From contig CAVYYI010000001.1 in the NCBI GenBank assembly GCA_963772725.1, forward strand, positions 672,001 to 736,000: a DNA stretch of 64,000 nucleotides, read 5' to 3'. This document shows, piece after piece, positions 8,970 to 18,870 of the stretch. A program made the position numbers and the translations under genes. How positions within the stretch are numbered: the stretch's first letter is position 1; each line of letters starts with the position of its first letter. The notes under the pieces are model-generated. The model saw nothing but the letters and a program-made list of their open reading frames with translations, searched no databases and was not told where the DNA came from. Source of the DNA: an uncultured Phycisphaerales bacterium. GTDB taxonomy: Bacteria; Planctomycetota; Phycisphaerae; Sedimentisphaerales; Anaerobacaceae.

Positions 8970-11714
8970 ATGGTAAAGAAAATTTATATAATTGACGGCC
9001 ACTCCCATATTTACGCCGCTTATTATGCTCCTATGCGGCAACGGCTGACAAGCCCTGCGGGGGAACCCACCAAGGCGACATATATCTTCACGACGGCTAT
9101 TCTCGGACTTATTAAGAACTTAAATCCGGATATGCTGGTTGTCGCGATGGATAGTAAAGCGCCGAGTTTCAGGACAGAAATTTATCCTGAGTACAAAGCC
9201 CATAGGCCGCCGATGCCGGATGATTTGCCTAGCCAGATAAAACGCATTGAGCAGATACTCGCAGCGATGAATATTCCGATGATTCGCATTGACGGGTTTG
9301 AGGCTGATGACATAATCGGCACGCTTGCGAGGAAGGCATCGGCTGAAGGTATAGACGCTTATATATGCTCAAAGGATAAGGATATGCTTCAATTGCTCGA
9401 TGAGCATATCTGCACGTACGATTTAAAGACCGGTGAGTGTAAGAATCCGAAGACTTTCAAGGAGGAGATGAAGATAGAGCCGATTCAATTTATTGATGTG
9501 CTTGCGCTGCAGGGAGATGCGGTTGATAATGTTCCCGGTGTGCCGGATGTGGGACCTAAAACTGCTCTCGAATGGGTTCAGAGATACGGTTCGATCGAAA
9601 ATCTTTACGAGCATGCAGGCGAAATCACAGGTAAGCGTGGCGATAATCTTCGAGCGGCTAAAGAACAGGTTGCGCTTAGTAGAAAACTTGTAACGATAAA
9701 TTGCTCGGTGCCGATAGATATTGATTACGAATTATTCGCTCTTAAGGAACCGAACAGGGAAAAACTTACAGAGCTATTTAATGAACTTGGATTTACCCGA
9801 ATCCTGAGCCAGATGGGGCTTTCTGCCGCGGAGACGACGGCGCAGACACAAGCAACTGCCCCGGCAGTTGCCGGAGAGCAGGTGGGCATTTCCACTTCCA
9901 GAACTGTTCCTCATGATTATCAATTGATAGATACGCAGGAAAAATTTGACGCGTTTTTCGCTGAGCTGAAAAAGCAAAAAATCTTTGCGGTTGATACCGA
10001 AACAACATCGATAAATCCAATGAGGGCGGAACTTGTGGGTATAAGTTTTTCATGGCAGGAGCACAAGGGGTTTTATCTTGCTGTAAAGGCTCCGCTATGC
10101 ATATAAATCGCTTGATAGGAATATGATTCGCAGCCGAGCTGGGGCCGATTCTCGCTGATGAGAATATTAAAAAAATCGGGCAGAACATAAAATACGATAT
10201 GCTTGTTCTGCGAAATGTGGGGATGCCTCTAAAGGGCGTTTATTTCGATACGATGGTGGCTTCGTATTGTCTTGACTCGGAACGTATGAGTCATTCGATG
10301 GATAATATGGCTGTGGATTTTTTGAATTATCAGCCTATTCCTATTTCAGCACTTATTGGTAAAGGTAAAAATCAGCTTACTTTCGATATGGTCGATACCT
10401 CGGCGGCGTGTGAATATTCCGCGGAGGATGCCGATATAACATTTCAGCTTTATGAATATCTCAGCAAAGGCCTCGAAAAGCAGCCTTCAATTAAGAAATT
10501 TTTCGAAGAGGTCGAAATGCCTCTGGTACCTGTGCTTGCGGAGATGGAATATAACGGCGTTTCGCTCGATACAACACTGCTGAGAAAAATGTCCGGCGAA
10601 ATCGCCGAAGCCTTACAAAACTTGCTGAGCAGATATATGCGCTTGCAGGTGCGGTTTTTAATATCGATTCGCCCAAACAGCTTGGCGGAAATGCTTTTTG
10701 ACCGGCTGAAATCAAATCGGTAAGCATCGGTAAAACTGGCCGCAGTACCAGCGCTGATGTCCTCGACGAACTCGCGGGGGAGCATCCGATTATCGATTTA
10801 ATCCTTCAGTACCGCCAGTTGAGCAAGTTGCAAAATACTTATGTCGATAAACTTGGCTCGCTGATTAATCCCCGCACCGGCAGGGTGCATGCATCCTTTA
10901 ATCAGACGGTAACGGCTACCGGCAGATTGAGTTCAAGCGACCCGAATCTGCAGAATATTCCCATTCGCACTGAAATCGGCAGTAAAATCCGCTCGGCGTT
11001 TATACCGGCGGATAAAAACGACTGTATCTTAAGTGCGGATTATTCGCAAATTGAATTGCGGCTTCTTGCGCACATTTCTCCAAGGACAAGGCTCTTGGAG
11101 AGGCTTTTGCCGCCGACCAGGATATTCACAGGTTTGTGGCTTCGCAGATTTATAACGTGCCGATAGAAGAGGTGACAAACGAAATGCGTTCGAAGTGCAA
11201 GGCGGTGAATTTCGGCATAATCTACGGTCAGGGTGCTTTCGGGCTATCCAAAACTATTGGAATCGGCCAGTCGGAGGCGAAAAAATTTATCGATGATTAT
11301 TTCAGCCGCTACAAGTCTATACGCAAATTTATGGATGACGTCGTTGCCTCCGCGAGACAAACAGGCTACGCCGAAACAATTCTTCATCGTCGCCGAAGGA
11401 TATCGGATATGAACAGTAAGAACGGCATAAAACGTTTGCAGGCACAGCGAATGGCAATAAATACTGTTATACAGGGTTCCGCCGCAGATTTGATCAAAGT
11501 CGCGATGATAAATATACAGCGGAAAATCGAGACGGAAAATCTGCCTGTCAAAATGATTCTGCAGATTCACGATGAGCTTGTTTTTGAACTTCCCGCATCG
11601 CAGGCTGAACAATATTCCAAATGGATAGCACAGGAAATGGCTACAGCCATCAAACTTGATGTTCCGATGAAGGTCGATATTGCTTGCGGTCCAACCTGGC
11701 TGGCTGAAAAATAA
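8970..11714 (+). CDS. polA: DNA polymerase I (split across several ORFs by probable sequencing frameshifts)
   Basis: 5'-3' exo IIDGHS/EADDIIGTLA; 3'-5' exo AVDTETT; polymerase TGRLSSSDPNLQNIP, ADYSQIELR, KAVNFGIIYG, QIHDEL. Confidence 0.95.
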
Positions 11715-11910
11715 TCAGAGCCCAAACAAATATAGAGGCTTATATACCTATAACGCCCTTTAAAAAAGCACGCCTGTTCATATATAATCCTTTTTCTATG
11801 ATGTTGACGAAACAGTCTTCTGCAAATACAATTATGTTTTTGTATTTTCCAAGATAGTAAGACTAACCAATGAAATGAATTATTGCAAGAATTCTTAATG
11901 GAAGGCGAAA

Positions 11911-13137
11911 ATGATAAAGATTAATGAAAATTTTCTGAAGTTGCAGGCTGGTTACCTGTTTCCTGAAATAGGCAGAAGGGTTCGTGCCTTTAAGGCGGAG
12001 AATCCAGGTGCAAAGGTCATCAGTATGGGTATCGGCGATGTTACGCAGCCATTACCATCAGCTGTTACCGATGCCATGAAAAAAGCTGTCGATGAAATGG
12101 GAACAGACGCAGGCTTTCACGGTTACGGCCCCGAACAGGGTTATGATTTCCTAATCGACGCCATAATCAAAAATGACTTCAATCCTCGCGGCATAGAGCT
12201 TGACCGTGGAGAAATTTTCGTAAGCGACGGTGCAAAATGCGATACCGGCAACATCCAGGAAATCTTCGGCCTGAACAATATCATAGCTGTAACAGACCCC
12301 GTATATCCCGTTTATGTGGATACCAACGTTATGGCAGGCAGAACCGGCAGGGCAAAAAAGAGCGGCCAATACGGCAAAATAGTTTATATGCCCTGTACCG
12401 CCGACAACGGTTTTATTCCTGAACTGCCGGATAGGGCGGTGGATATTATTTACCTGTGCTTTCCGAATAATCCAACCGGGGCGGTCGCCGCGAAGGCGGA
12501 TTTGAAGAAATGGGTTGATTTCGCGAAAGAAAATAAAGCCGTCATCTTTTTCGATGCGGCTTATGAGGCCTTTATCACTGACCCGAAAATTCCGCATTCT
12601 ATTTATGAAATCGAAGGCGCTAAAGATGTGGCGATTGAATTTCGCAGCTTTTCCAAAACGGCGGGCTTTACCGGCGTAAGATGCGCCTTTATTGTTATAC
12701 CGAAGCAGTTAAAGGCTTATACGAAAGACGGCAAAACTATTGATGTAAATCCTATCTGGAACAGAAGGCATACTACAAAATTTAATGGCGCATCCTATAT
12801 TTCTCAGGCAGGAGCGGCAGCGATTTACATACCGCAGGGCAGGGAGCAGACCCACAGGATTATTGATATTTATATGAATAACGCCGCCCAGATTCGCAAC
12901 TCACTGGCAAAACTCGGCTACCAGGTTTATGGCGGCATCAACGCCCCGTATATTTGGATGAAAACACCGGATAGATTAAGCTCGTGGGATTTCTTTGACC
13001 TGCTTTTGAAAAAGGTAAACGTTGTCGGCACGCCCGGTTCGGGTTTTGGTGCGGCTGGCGAGGGTTTTTTCCGCCTGACCGCATTTGCTAAACCGGAGAA
13101 TGTAAAAGAGGCTATGGAGCGTTTTGCTTCATTATAA
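11911..13137 (+). CDS. dapL: LL-diaminopimelate aminotransferase
   Basis: [42 protein letters not shown]. Confidence 0.95.
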   Translation: MIKINENFLKLQAGYLFPEIGRRVRAFKAENPGAKVISMGIGDVTQPLPSAVTDAMKKAVDEMGTDAGFHGYGPEQGYDFLIDAIIKNDFNPRGIELDRGEIFVSDGAKCDTGNIQEIFGLNNIIAVTDPVYPVYVDTNVMAGRTGRAKKSGQYGKIVYMPCTADNGFIPELPDRAVDIIYLCFPNNPTGAVAAKADLKKWVDFAKENKAVIFFDAAYEAFITDPKIPHSIYEIEGAKDVAIEFRSFSKTAGFTGVRCAFIVIPKQLKAYTKDGKTIDVNPIWNRRHTTKFNGASYISQAGAAAIYIPQGREQTHRIIDIYMNNAAQIRNSLAKLGYQVYGGINAPYIWMKTPDRLSSWDFFDLLLKKVNVVGTPGSGFGAAGEGFFRLTAFAKPENVKEAMERFASL

Positions 13138-13140
13138 ATA

Positions 13141-13171
13141 TTAGCCACAGAGGACACAGAGACCACAGAGA
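13141..13171 (+). repeat. 9-nt periodic repeat (CACAGAGnn) copy abutting the folK start
   Basis: TTAGCCACAGAGGACACAGAGACCACAGAGA immediately followed by ATG. Confidence 0.8.
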
Positions 13172-14257
13172 ATGTCCAAACAGACAATAGCATATATAGG
13201 CCTTGGCAGCAACTTAGGCGACAGGCAGGCCGCTATCGGTGATGCAGTTAAAAAGCTCACCCAATGCGGCGGTATTGAAATTGTGCGGACAAGCAGCCTT
13301 ATCGAAACGCCGCCGCTGGGCAATCCAAGTCAACCGAAATATATCAACGCTGTCGCGGAGATAAATACATCTTTTTGCGCACTGGATTTGTATAAAAATA
13401 TTGCTGCTGTCGAAACATCTCTTGGCAGGGTTCGAGGTGAAAAATGGTCTCCGCGAGTTATCGATATAGACCTTCTGCTCTTCGGGGATGAGATAATTAA
13501 TCTTCCCGAACTGACTGTTCCGCACAGGCAGATGCACCTTCGCAGTTTCGTGCTTAATGGACTTTGCCAGCTTAATAGCACCCTGATTCATCCGCTGCTG
13601 AAAGAATCGATGGCCGCTCTTGCGGCACGTCTTAACGGCGGTGATTTCGCAATTAATTCCGATACGCCTCAGCTTATCAGCGTAGCCGGGAATATAGGCG
13701 TGGGAAAAACTACGCTGGTAAATCAAATGGCGGGGCGGCTCAACTGTGAAAAGATATTTGAGCCATACAGCACAAATCCTTTTCTTGCCCAGGTTTACGC
13801 CGGCAGCAAAGGTCTTGCCCTTGATTCACAGTTATATTTCCTCACCCACCGCGCGAAACAATTAAGCCCCGCGGAATTAAAACCAGCTCAGATTGTCCTT
13901 ACCGATTATGTCTTTGAAAAAGAAATGATTTACGCAAAACGTCTTCTGGACGCCCAGCAGTTGACACTATATAAAGATATCTATCCGCATTTTGCGGAAA
14001 AAGTTACAAAACCTGTACTTGTAATATATCTGATGGATTCTGCTCAGAACTGTCTTACGCGGATTCACAAGCGAGGACGTTCTTACGAGCAGAATATCGA
14101 GATAAATTTTTTGGAGACGCTGTCCAGCGACCACGAACAGCTTTTTAATAACTGGAAGATTTGTCCGGTTATCCGCCTCTCGATGACGGAGTTTGACTGC
14201 ACAAAAGATTCCGACATTAACTGGCTGTCAGACCAGATTAGATATTATGTTGCTTAG
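13172..14257 (+). CDS. folK: FolK (HPPK) fused to a deoxynucleoside kinase
   Basis: YIGLGSNLGDR, PRVIDIDLL, VPHRQM; C-terminal VAGNIGVGKTT, EPYSTNPFL, QLYFL. Confidence 0.9.
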   Translation: MSKQTIAYIGLGSNLGDRQAAIGDAVKKLTQCGGIEIVRTSSLIETPPLGNPSQPKYINAVAEINTSFCALDLYKNIAAVETSLGRVRGEKWSPRVIDIDLLLFGDEIINLPELTVPHRQMHLRSFVLNGLCQLNSTLIHPLLKESMAALAARLNGGDFAINSDTPQLISVAGNIGVGKTTLVNQMAGRLNCEKIFEPYSTNPFLAQVYAGSKGLALDSQLYFLTHRAKQLSPAELKPAQIVLTDYVFEKEMIYAKRLLDAQQLTLYKDIYPHFAEKVTKPVLVIYLMDSAQNCLTRIHKRGRSYEQNIEINFLETLSSDHEQLFNNWKICPVIRLSMTEFDCTKDSDINWLSDQIRYYVA

Positions 14258-14269
14258 GAACTCATAAAA

Positions 14270-15124
14270 ATGAAAAGAGTTGAAACAATACAATCGGTTC
14301 GTAAACTTATAAAAGCTGCCCGGATTAAGGGGCTAACAATTGGTTTTGTCCCGACGATGGGGGCTCTTCATATCGGCCATATTTCGCTTATTGAGGCCGC
14401 GAAGAAAAAAACTGATTTTGTTGTGGTAAGTATATTTGTAAATCCGACGCAGTTTGGCCCTACGGAGGATTTCAATAAGTATCCTCGCCCTGTTGAAGAG
14501 GATTTACGGATTTGCAGAAACGCCGGCGTCGATGTCGTTTTTATGCCGAGTGCGAATGAAATGTATCCCGTGGAAAATCTTACATGGGTAAAAGTTGAGA
14601 AACTGACAGAGCCGCTTTGCGGTCAATTTCGTCCGGGGCATTTTTGCGGGGTGGCCACCGTTTGCGCGAAACTGTTTAATATTGTTATGCCTGATATTGC
14701 TTTTTTCGGCCAGAAAGACGCCCAGCAGGTCCTTGTTATAAGGCGGATGGTCGCGGATTTGAATATGCCGTTAAAAATTGTGGTCTGCCCGACTGTTCGG
14801 GAGGATAATGGGCTGGCTGTGAGCAGCAGAAATAAGTACCTGACGGCTCAGCAGAGAAAAGACGCCGCCCTGATATATCAGTCTCTTTTATTCTGCAAGG
14901 ACTCTATAAGAAAGGGCGTAAAAAACACCAAAACAATCATCACCGGTATGCGTAAGATATTAAATAAGATTCCATCAGCCGGGATTGAATACATAAGCAT
15001 TGTCGATGCCGAAACAGTGCAGAATATTGATAAAATCACAGGAAATACGCTTATCGCCGTTGCCGTAAAAGTCGGCTCAACAAGGCTGATTGATAACATT
15101 CTGGTGGACGCCGCGAAATTATAA
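14270..15124 (+). CDS. panC: Pantoate-beta-alanine ligase
   Basis: VPTMGALHIGH, SIFVNPTQF, FGQKDAQQ, RLIDN. Confidence 0.95.
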   Translation: MKRVETIQSVRKLIKAARIKGLTIGFVPTMGALHIGHISLIEAAKKKTDFVVVSIFVNPTQFGPTEDFNKYPRPVEEDLRICRNAGVDVVFMPSANEMYPVENLTWVKVEKLTEPLCGQFRPGHFCGVATVCAKLFNIVMPDIAFFGQKDAQQVLVIRRMVADLNMPLKIVVCPTVREDNGLAVSSRNKYLTAQQRKDAALIYQSLLFCKDSIRKGVKNTKTIITGMRKILNKIPSAGIEYISIVDAETVQNIDKITGNTLIAVAVKVGSTRLIDNILVDAAKL

Positions 15125-15213
15125 TGTATAATAATTAAAAGAACACAGAACACAGAATAAGACAGAAGACACTGTGGTTATTTATAATTTTATAAACTTA
15201 CGATGGTTAAACT

Positions 15214-15573
15214 ATGCTCGTGAAAATATTAAAAAGTAAATTGCATCGCGCCAGGGTAACCGATACGAAACTGGATTATCCCGGCAGTATCGCTATTGAC
15301 AGCGACCTTATGGATGCTGTTGGTATCCTGCCTTATGAGTCTGTCCTTATCGCGGATTTGAACAACGGCAATCGTCTCGAAACTTATGTCATTCCGGCCC
15401 AAGCAGGCTCCGGCGAAATTTGCGTTCTCGGCGCGGCCGCACAGCGTGTTGAGCGTGACGATATTATAATCATTCTGAACTTCGCATGGGTTACGCCTGA
15501 TGAGGCCAAAACCCTTAAACCCAAAGTTGTAGCTCTTGACGAAAATAATAAAGTAATAAAGAAGATTTCATAA
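15214..15573 (+). CDS. panD: Aspartate 1-decarboxylase
   Basis: KSKLHRARVT, YPGSIAID (Gly-Ser cleavage site), NGNRLETY. Confidence 0.93.
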   Translation: MLVKILKSKLHRARVTDTKLDYPGSIAIDSDLMDAVGILPYESVLIADLNNGNRLETYVIPAQAGSGEICVLGAAAQRVERDDIIIILNFAWVTPDEAKTLKPKVVALDENNKVIKKIS

Positions 15574-15579
15574 AACCAA

Positions 15580-16556
15580 ATGCATCCCGAAATTTTTCAA
15601 ATACCTTTTACGCACCTGACAGTAAAAAGTTACGGCTTGATGCTTGTTATCGGTTTTCTCGCCGCCGTTGCTCTGATAAAGCGTCTCAGCAGAAATATCA
15701 ATCCTAATCCGCAGCTTGTTACAAACGGCGCTCTTATGCTCTTATCGCGGGAGTGGTCGGTGCGAGAATATTTTATGTTGTTCATTACTTCCCGGAGTTC
15801 AAAAGCAACCTTTTATCTGTTTTTGCGGTATGGCGGGGGGGCCTTGAACTTTACGGCGGCGCAATCGCGGCGCTTATCGTAATTATTCTTTATGTCCGCC
15901 GTCATAAACTTCCAGTGAGAAAATATCTCGATATTGTCGCTATAGGGTTGTGTCTTGCGCTGGGATTTGGACGAATCGGCTGTTTTCTTAACGGCTGCTG
16001 TTTCGGGAAACCCGCTGATTTACCCTGGGCGGTGCGTTTCCCGTATAATTCTTACGCCTATCGCAGCCAGATATCGCCCGACCTCAAAAGGAATCGCCCG
16101 CAGTCGTATATCCAGCTGCCGCAGAAATTCTATTATGATTATACCAGTGAAAGTGGAATGTCAGTCCGCGAACTCAAACCTTATGACCAGCTAACGCCGC
16201 AGCAGAAAGAGCAGGTTACTAACGGCCCATATCGCTGTTTGGCAGTGCATCCTACTGAACTTTACGATTCCGCGAATGGCTTTTTAATGTGCCTTGCTCT
16301 ATACCTCCTCTGGCGATTATCCCGAAAGTCGGTCGGTGCGTTTATTAAGCCTGGCAGTATTTTTAGTCTGATGATTATTCTTTACGGCTTAACGCGTTTC
16401 CTGCTTGAATTTATTCGAGATGATAATCCGTTTGAATTTGACAGCCTTACTGTCTCGCAGAATATCGGTATCGCGATGGCTGTCATCGGTGTGATTTTAT
16501 TGGTAATCTTTTCCTGCCTTAAATCCGACATCGCAAATCAAAGCAGAAATAAATAA
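15580..16556 (+). CDS. lgt: Prolipoprotein diacylglyceryl transferase (frameshift near 15735-15755)
   Basis: SYGLML, GARIFYV, GRIGCFLNGCCFG, HPTELY, RFLLEFIR. Confidence 0.9.
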
Positions 16557-16573
16557 TACCGCCATCCGCAGGG

Positions 16574-17036
16574 CTAATTTATTTTCTTTTTTGACAGCAA
16601 ATCATACTCAACTTCAAAACTGCTTGTGTTTTATTTCCTCTTCGGCGATAGCGAGAAACATTTCCCTGGAAGTCTCATCGACGGCGTGGGACGCGAAATT
16701 CACATAAATTCTAAATGCCGCCGACTCTTTTTCAATTGCAAGAAGCAATATATCTTTGTAATCCATATTAAGCAGGGAATTGGTGTCGGATATGATGTAG
16801 CCATCCTCATGCGGGGGCGGTAATTCTTTTTCCACGGGCAATGTCTGGCCGAGCTTCAGGATTTCCAGTTCAAGTTTGGCCTTGTGTTCCAGCTCTTCGC
16901 TGGCAAAATCTTCAAGGACTTTGCTCATCTCTATGTTGTCCACTACTTTAGCCAATGCCATGTAGAAATGGTACGCCTCTACCTCACGGGAGATCGCGAA
17001 CTCAAGTATTTCACTGTCAGGTTCTATCTCTGCCAT
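16574..17036 (-). CDS. Ferritin-like/rubrerythrin family protein (probable frameshift in the last codons)
   Basis: FAISREVEAYHFY, EELEH, AIEKESAAFRIY, EEIKH diiron motifs; alternate frame continues FEVEYDLLSKKKIN*. Confidence 0.8.
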
Positions 17037-17087
17037 ATTTTTATCCTGAAATCATTTTAACGGATTTATAAGCCAAAGTAAATAAAA

Positions 17088-18122
17088 TTATTGCGGAATT
17101 TTTATTATAAACTGACTTTCGTTATCGGTATTATATTTATCTGTTAAAGGACAATAATCCCTGACCTGAATTGTCCGGCCGTCCGGAAGAAACTCAAGCA
17201 GACGCATCCAGCTTTCGCCTCCGACAGGCCTGTTCTGAAAATCAACAACCATCTGCGAAACGGGATTGCCGCTGTCGCCCTGGCTGAGGAGATATCCCTG
17301 TCCTTTGCTCGAAACATGTCCGCTTATGACCATAAAAATGTTCTTACGCTTTTTCACAAGTTTTTGCCAGATTTCCTCGCCGTCATTTACGCCGCCTGCC
17401 ATATAAAACGTGTGAGGATTCAATTTTTGTTCCTTGTCTTTTTCATACCAGTTAAACCGTGTCGCATCACCTCGCAAATAGACGTGTGTTATGATTATAG
17501 CTTTGTGTTTTGGATATTTCGCAAGAATACTGTCGGCCCATTGCAGAGTCTTATCCCGCGGGGCGAATTCAAGACCAAGAATGAGCCAGTCCTCGCTGGC
17601 CGCCTGGAAGAAGTGATAACTGTTTTCGCTGTGCCCTTTTTCCATAACACCGCCAAAGGTCTTCCATTTCGCAAATCGCGACGGCGGAAAATAATCATTC
17701 ATAAGTGTAGTTCGGTCTTTGGCGGCACCATTTTGTCTGTAGTCGTGATTGCCTGTTGTTATGACATAAGGGACAATGCCATCCAGCCTGCCCATAGCCT
17801 CGTTTGCGTACTGCCATTCCTCTGCGGTGTTATGATTTGTTACGTCGCCCAGCTGCGCCACATAAGTTATATTGTATTTTTTCCTGTTGTCCGCTATCCA
17901 TTGTGTCTGTAAATTGAACAAACCCGGATATGACTCGGAATAATTCTGCACATCAGGAAGAACAACTAAAGTCCACGACCCGGGAACAAAAGGCAGCTCT
18001 GTCGCCCTTGTCAGCGATACCACCTGTTCTTTTACGGGCTTTTGACCTGCCTGGGCGAAACCGACGTATGCCGCCAACCCAACGACCGTTCCAGCATATT
18101 TTATAAAATCACGTCTGTTCAT
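17088..18122 (-). CDS. Tat-exported calcineurin-like metallophosphoesterase
   Basis: MNRRDFIK twin-arginine signal; LPDVQ, LGDV, GNHD, SGH motifs. Confidence 0.85.
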   Translation of the reverse strand: MNRRDFIKYAGTVVGLAAYVGFAQAGQKPVKEQVVSLTRATELPFVPGSWTLVVLPDVQNYSESYPGLFNLQTQWIADNRKKYNITYVAQLGDVTNHNTAEEWQYANEAMGRLDGIVPYVITTGNHDYRQNGAAKDRTTLMNDYFPPSRFAKWKTFGGVMEKGHSENSYHFFQAASEDWLILGLEFAPRDKTLQWADSILAKYPKHKAIIITHVYLRGDATRFNWYEKDKEQKLNPHTFYMAGGVNDGEEIWQKLVKKRKNIFMVISGHVSSKGQGYLLSQGDSGNPVSQMVVDFQNRPVGGESWMRLLEFLPDGRTIQVRDYCPLTDKYNTDNESQFIIKIPQ

Positions 18123-18449
18123 CGTTACGATACTCTCATAACTGAAATGATTTTGATTATTTTTTCTTTGTTGCAAAATAATTGACAAGCAGTCCTGCTA
18201 TTACGGCTATTAGAATCAGCAGGAAAACAGACCTAAATAATAACCTGAATAACTTAGAAGCTATCAGCAGAATTATTATAATGCCGATCCATAGCACGAT
18301 TTTCTGATTTGTGTTCATATTTAAGCCGTCTCTATAATAACATTTATAAAGGTTAAACGAATTATCCTATTTTATAAGAGACCGCGTGTTTTTTCCAGAT
18401 TAAAAGGAACTGAGGACTTATTCGGGTGCACCGGTTGTTTGGAGGTAAA

Positions 18450-18610
18450 AAGGACATCAGGAACTTGAAAACATTTGTCAACTGGTGCGGAGAAAGCAGG
18501 GGCTTAAATGGGGCAGTAAAAATCAAGGAATTGAAAGAAGATGAAAGGCCTGTGAAATTGCTCAATGACATCCAGATAAGAATGTTATTGGAAGCAACTG
18601 AGCCTTATAA
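18450..18610 (+). pseudogene. Possible tyrosine recombinase (integrase) fragment
   Basis: KDIRNLKTFVNWC...IKELKEDERPVKLLNDIQIRMLLEA resembles the core-binding to catalytic linker; no catalytic residues present. Confidence 0.45.
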
Positions 18611-18796
18611 CAAGAGACAAAATTCCCCTTACAACATTGGGGATGTTAGCAAAATTTTAAAAAAAATAAAATTTTTTTTCGTTATATGTACAGTAATGAC
18701 AAGGACTAATGAAATTTGTGTAAAAATTGTGTTAAAAATTGCAACTTTTCACTTTTCTTTTAAAATAAATCCTCGTATAAATAAATAGGTGAGTTG

Positions 18797-18843
18797 TTAC
18801 TATATGTTGTTAGGTATGAACTAATTATTACTATATATTGTGG
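18797..18843 (+). promoter_or_regulatory. Tandem NrdR boxes
   Basis: TTACTATATGTTGTTA (18797-18812) and TTACTATATATTGTGG (18828-18843), 31 bp apart, matching the acaCwAtATaTwGtg consensus upstream of an RNR. Confidence 0.85.
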
Positions 18844-18870
18844 GGAAGCTGAAATTGCAGGGAGGCTAAT

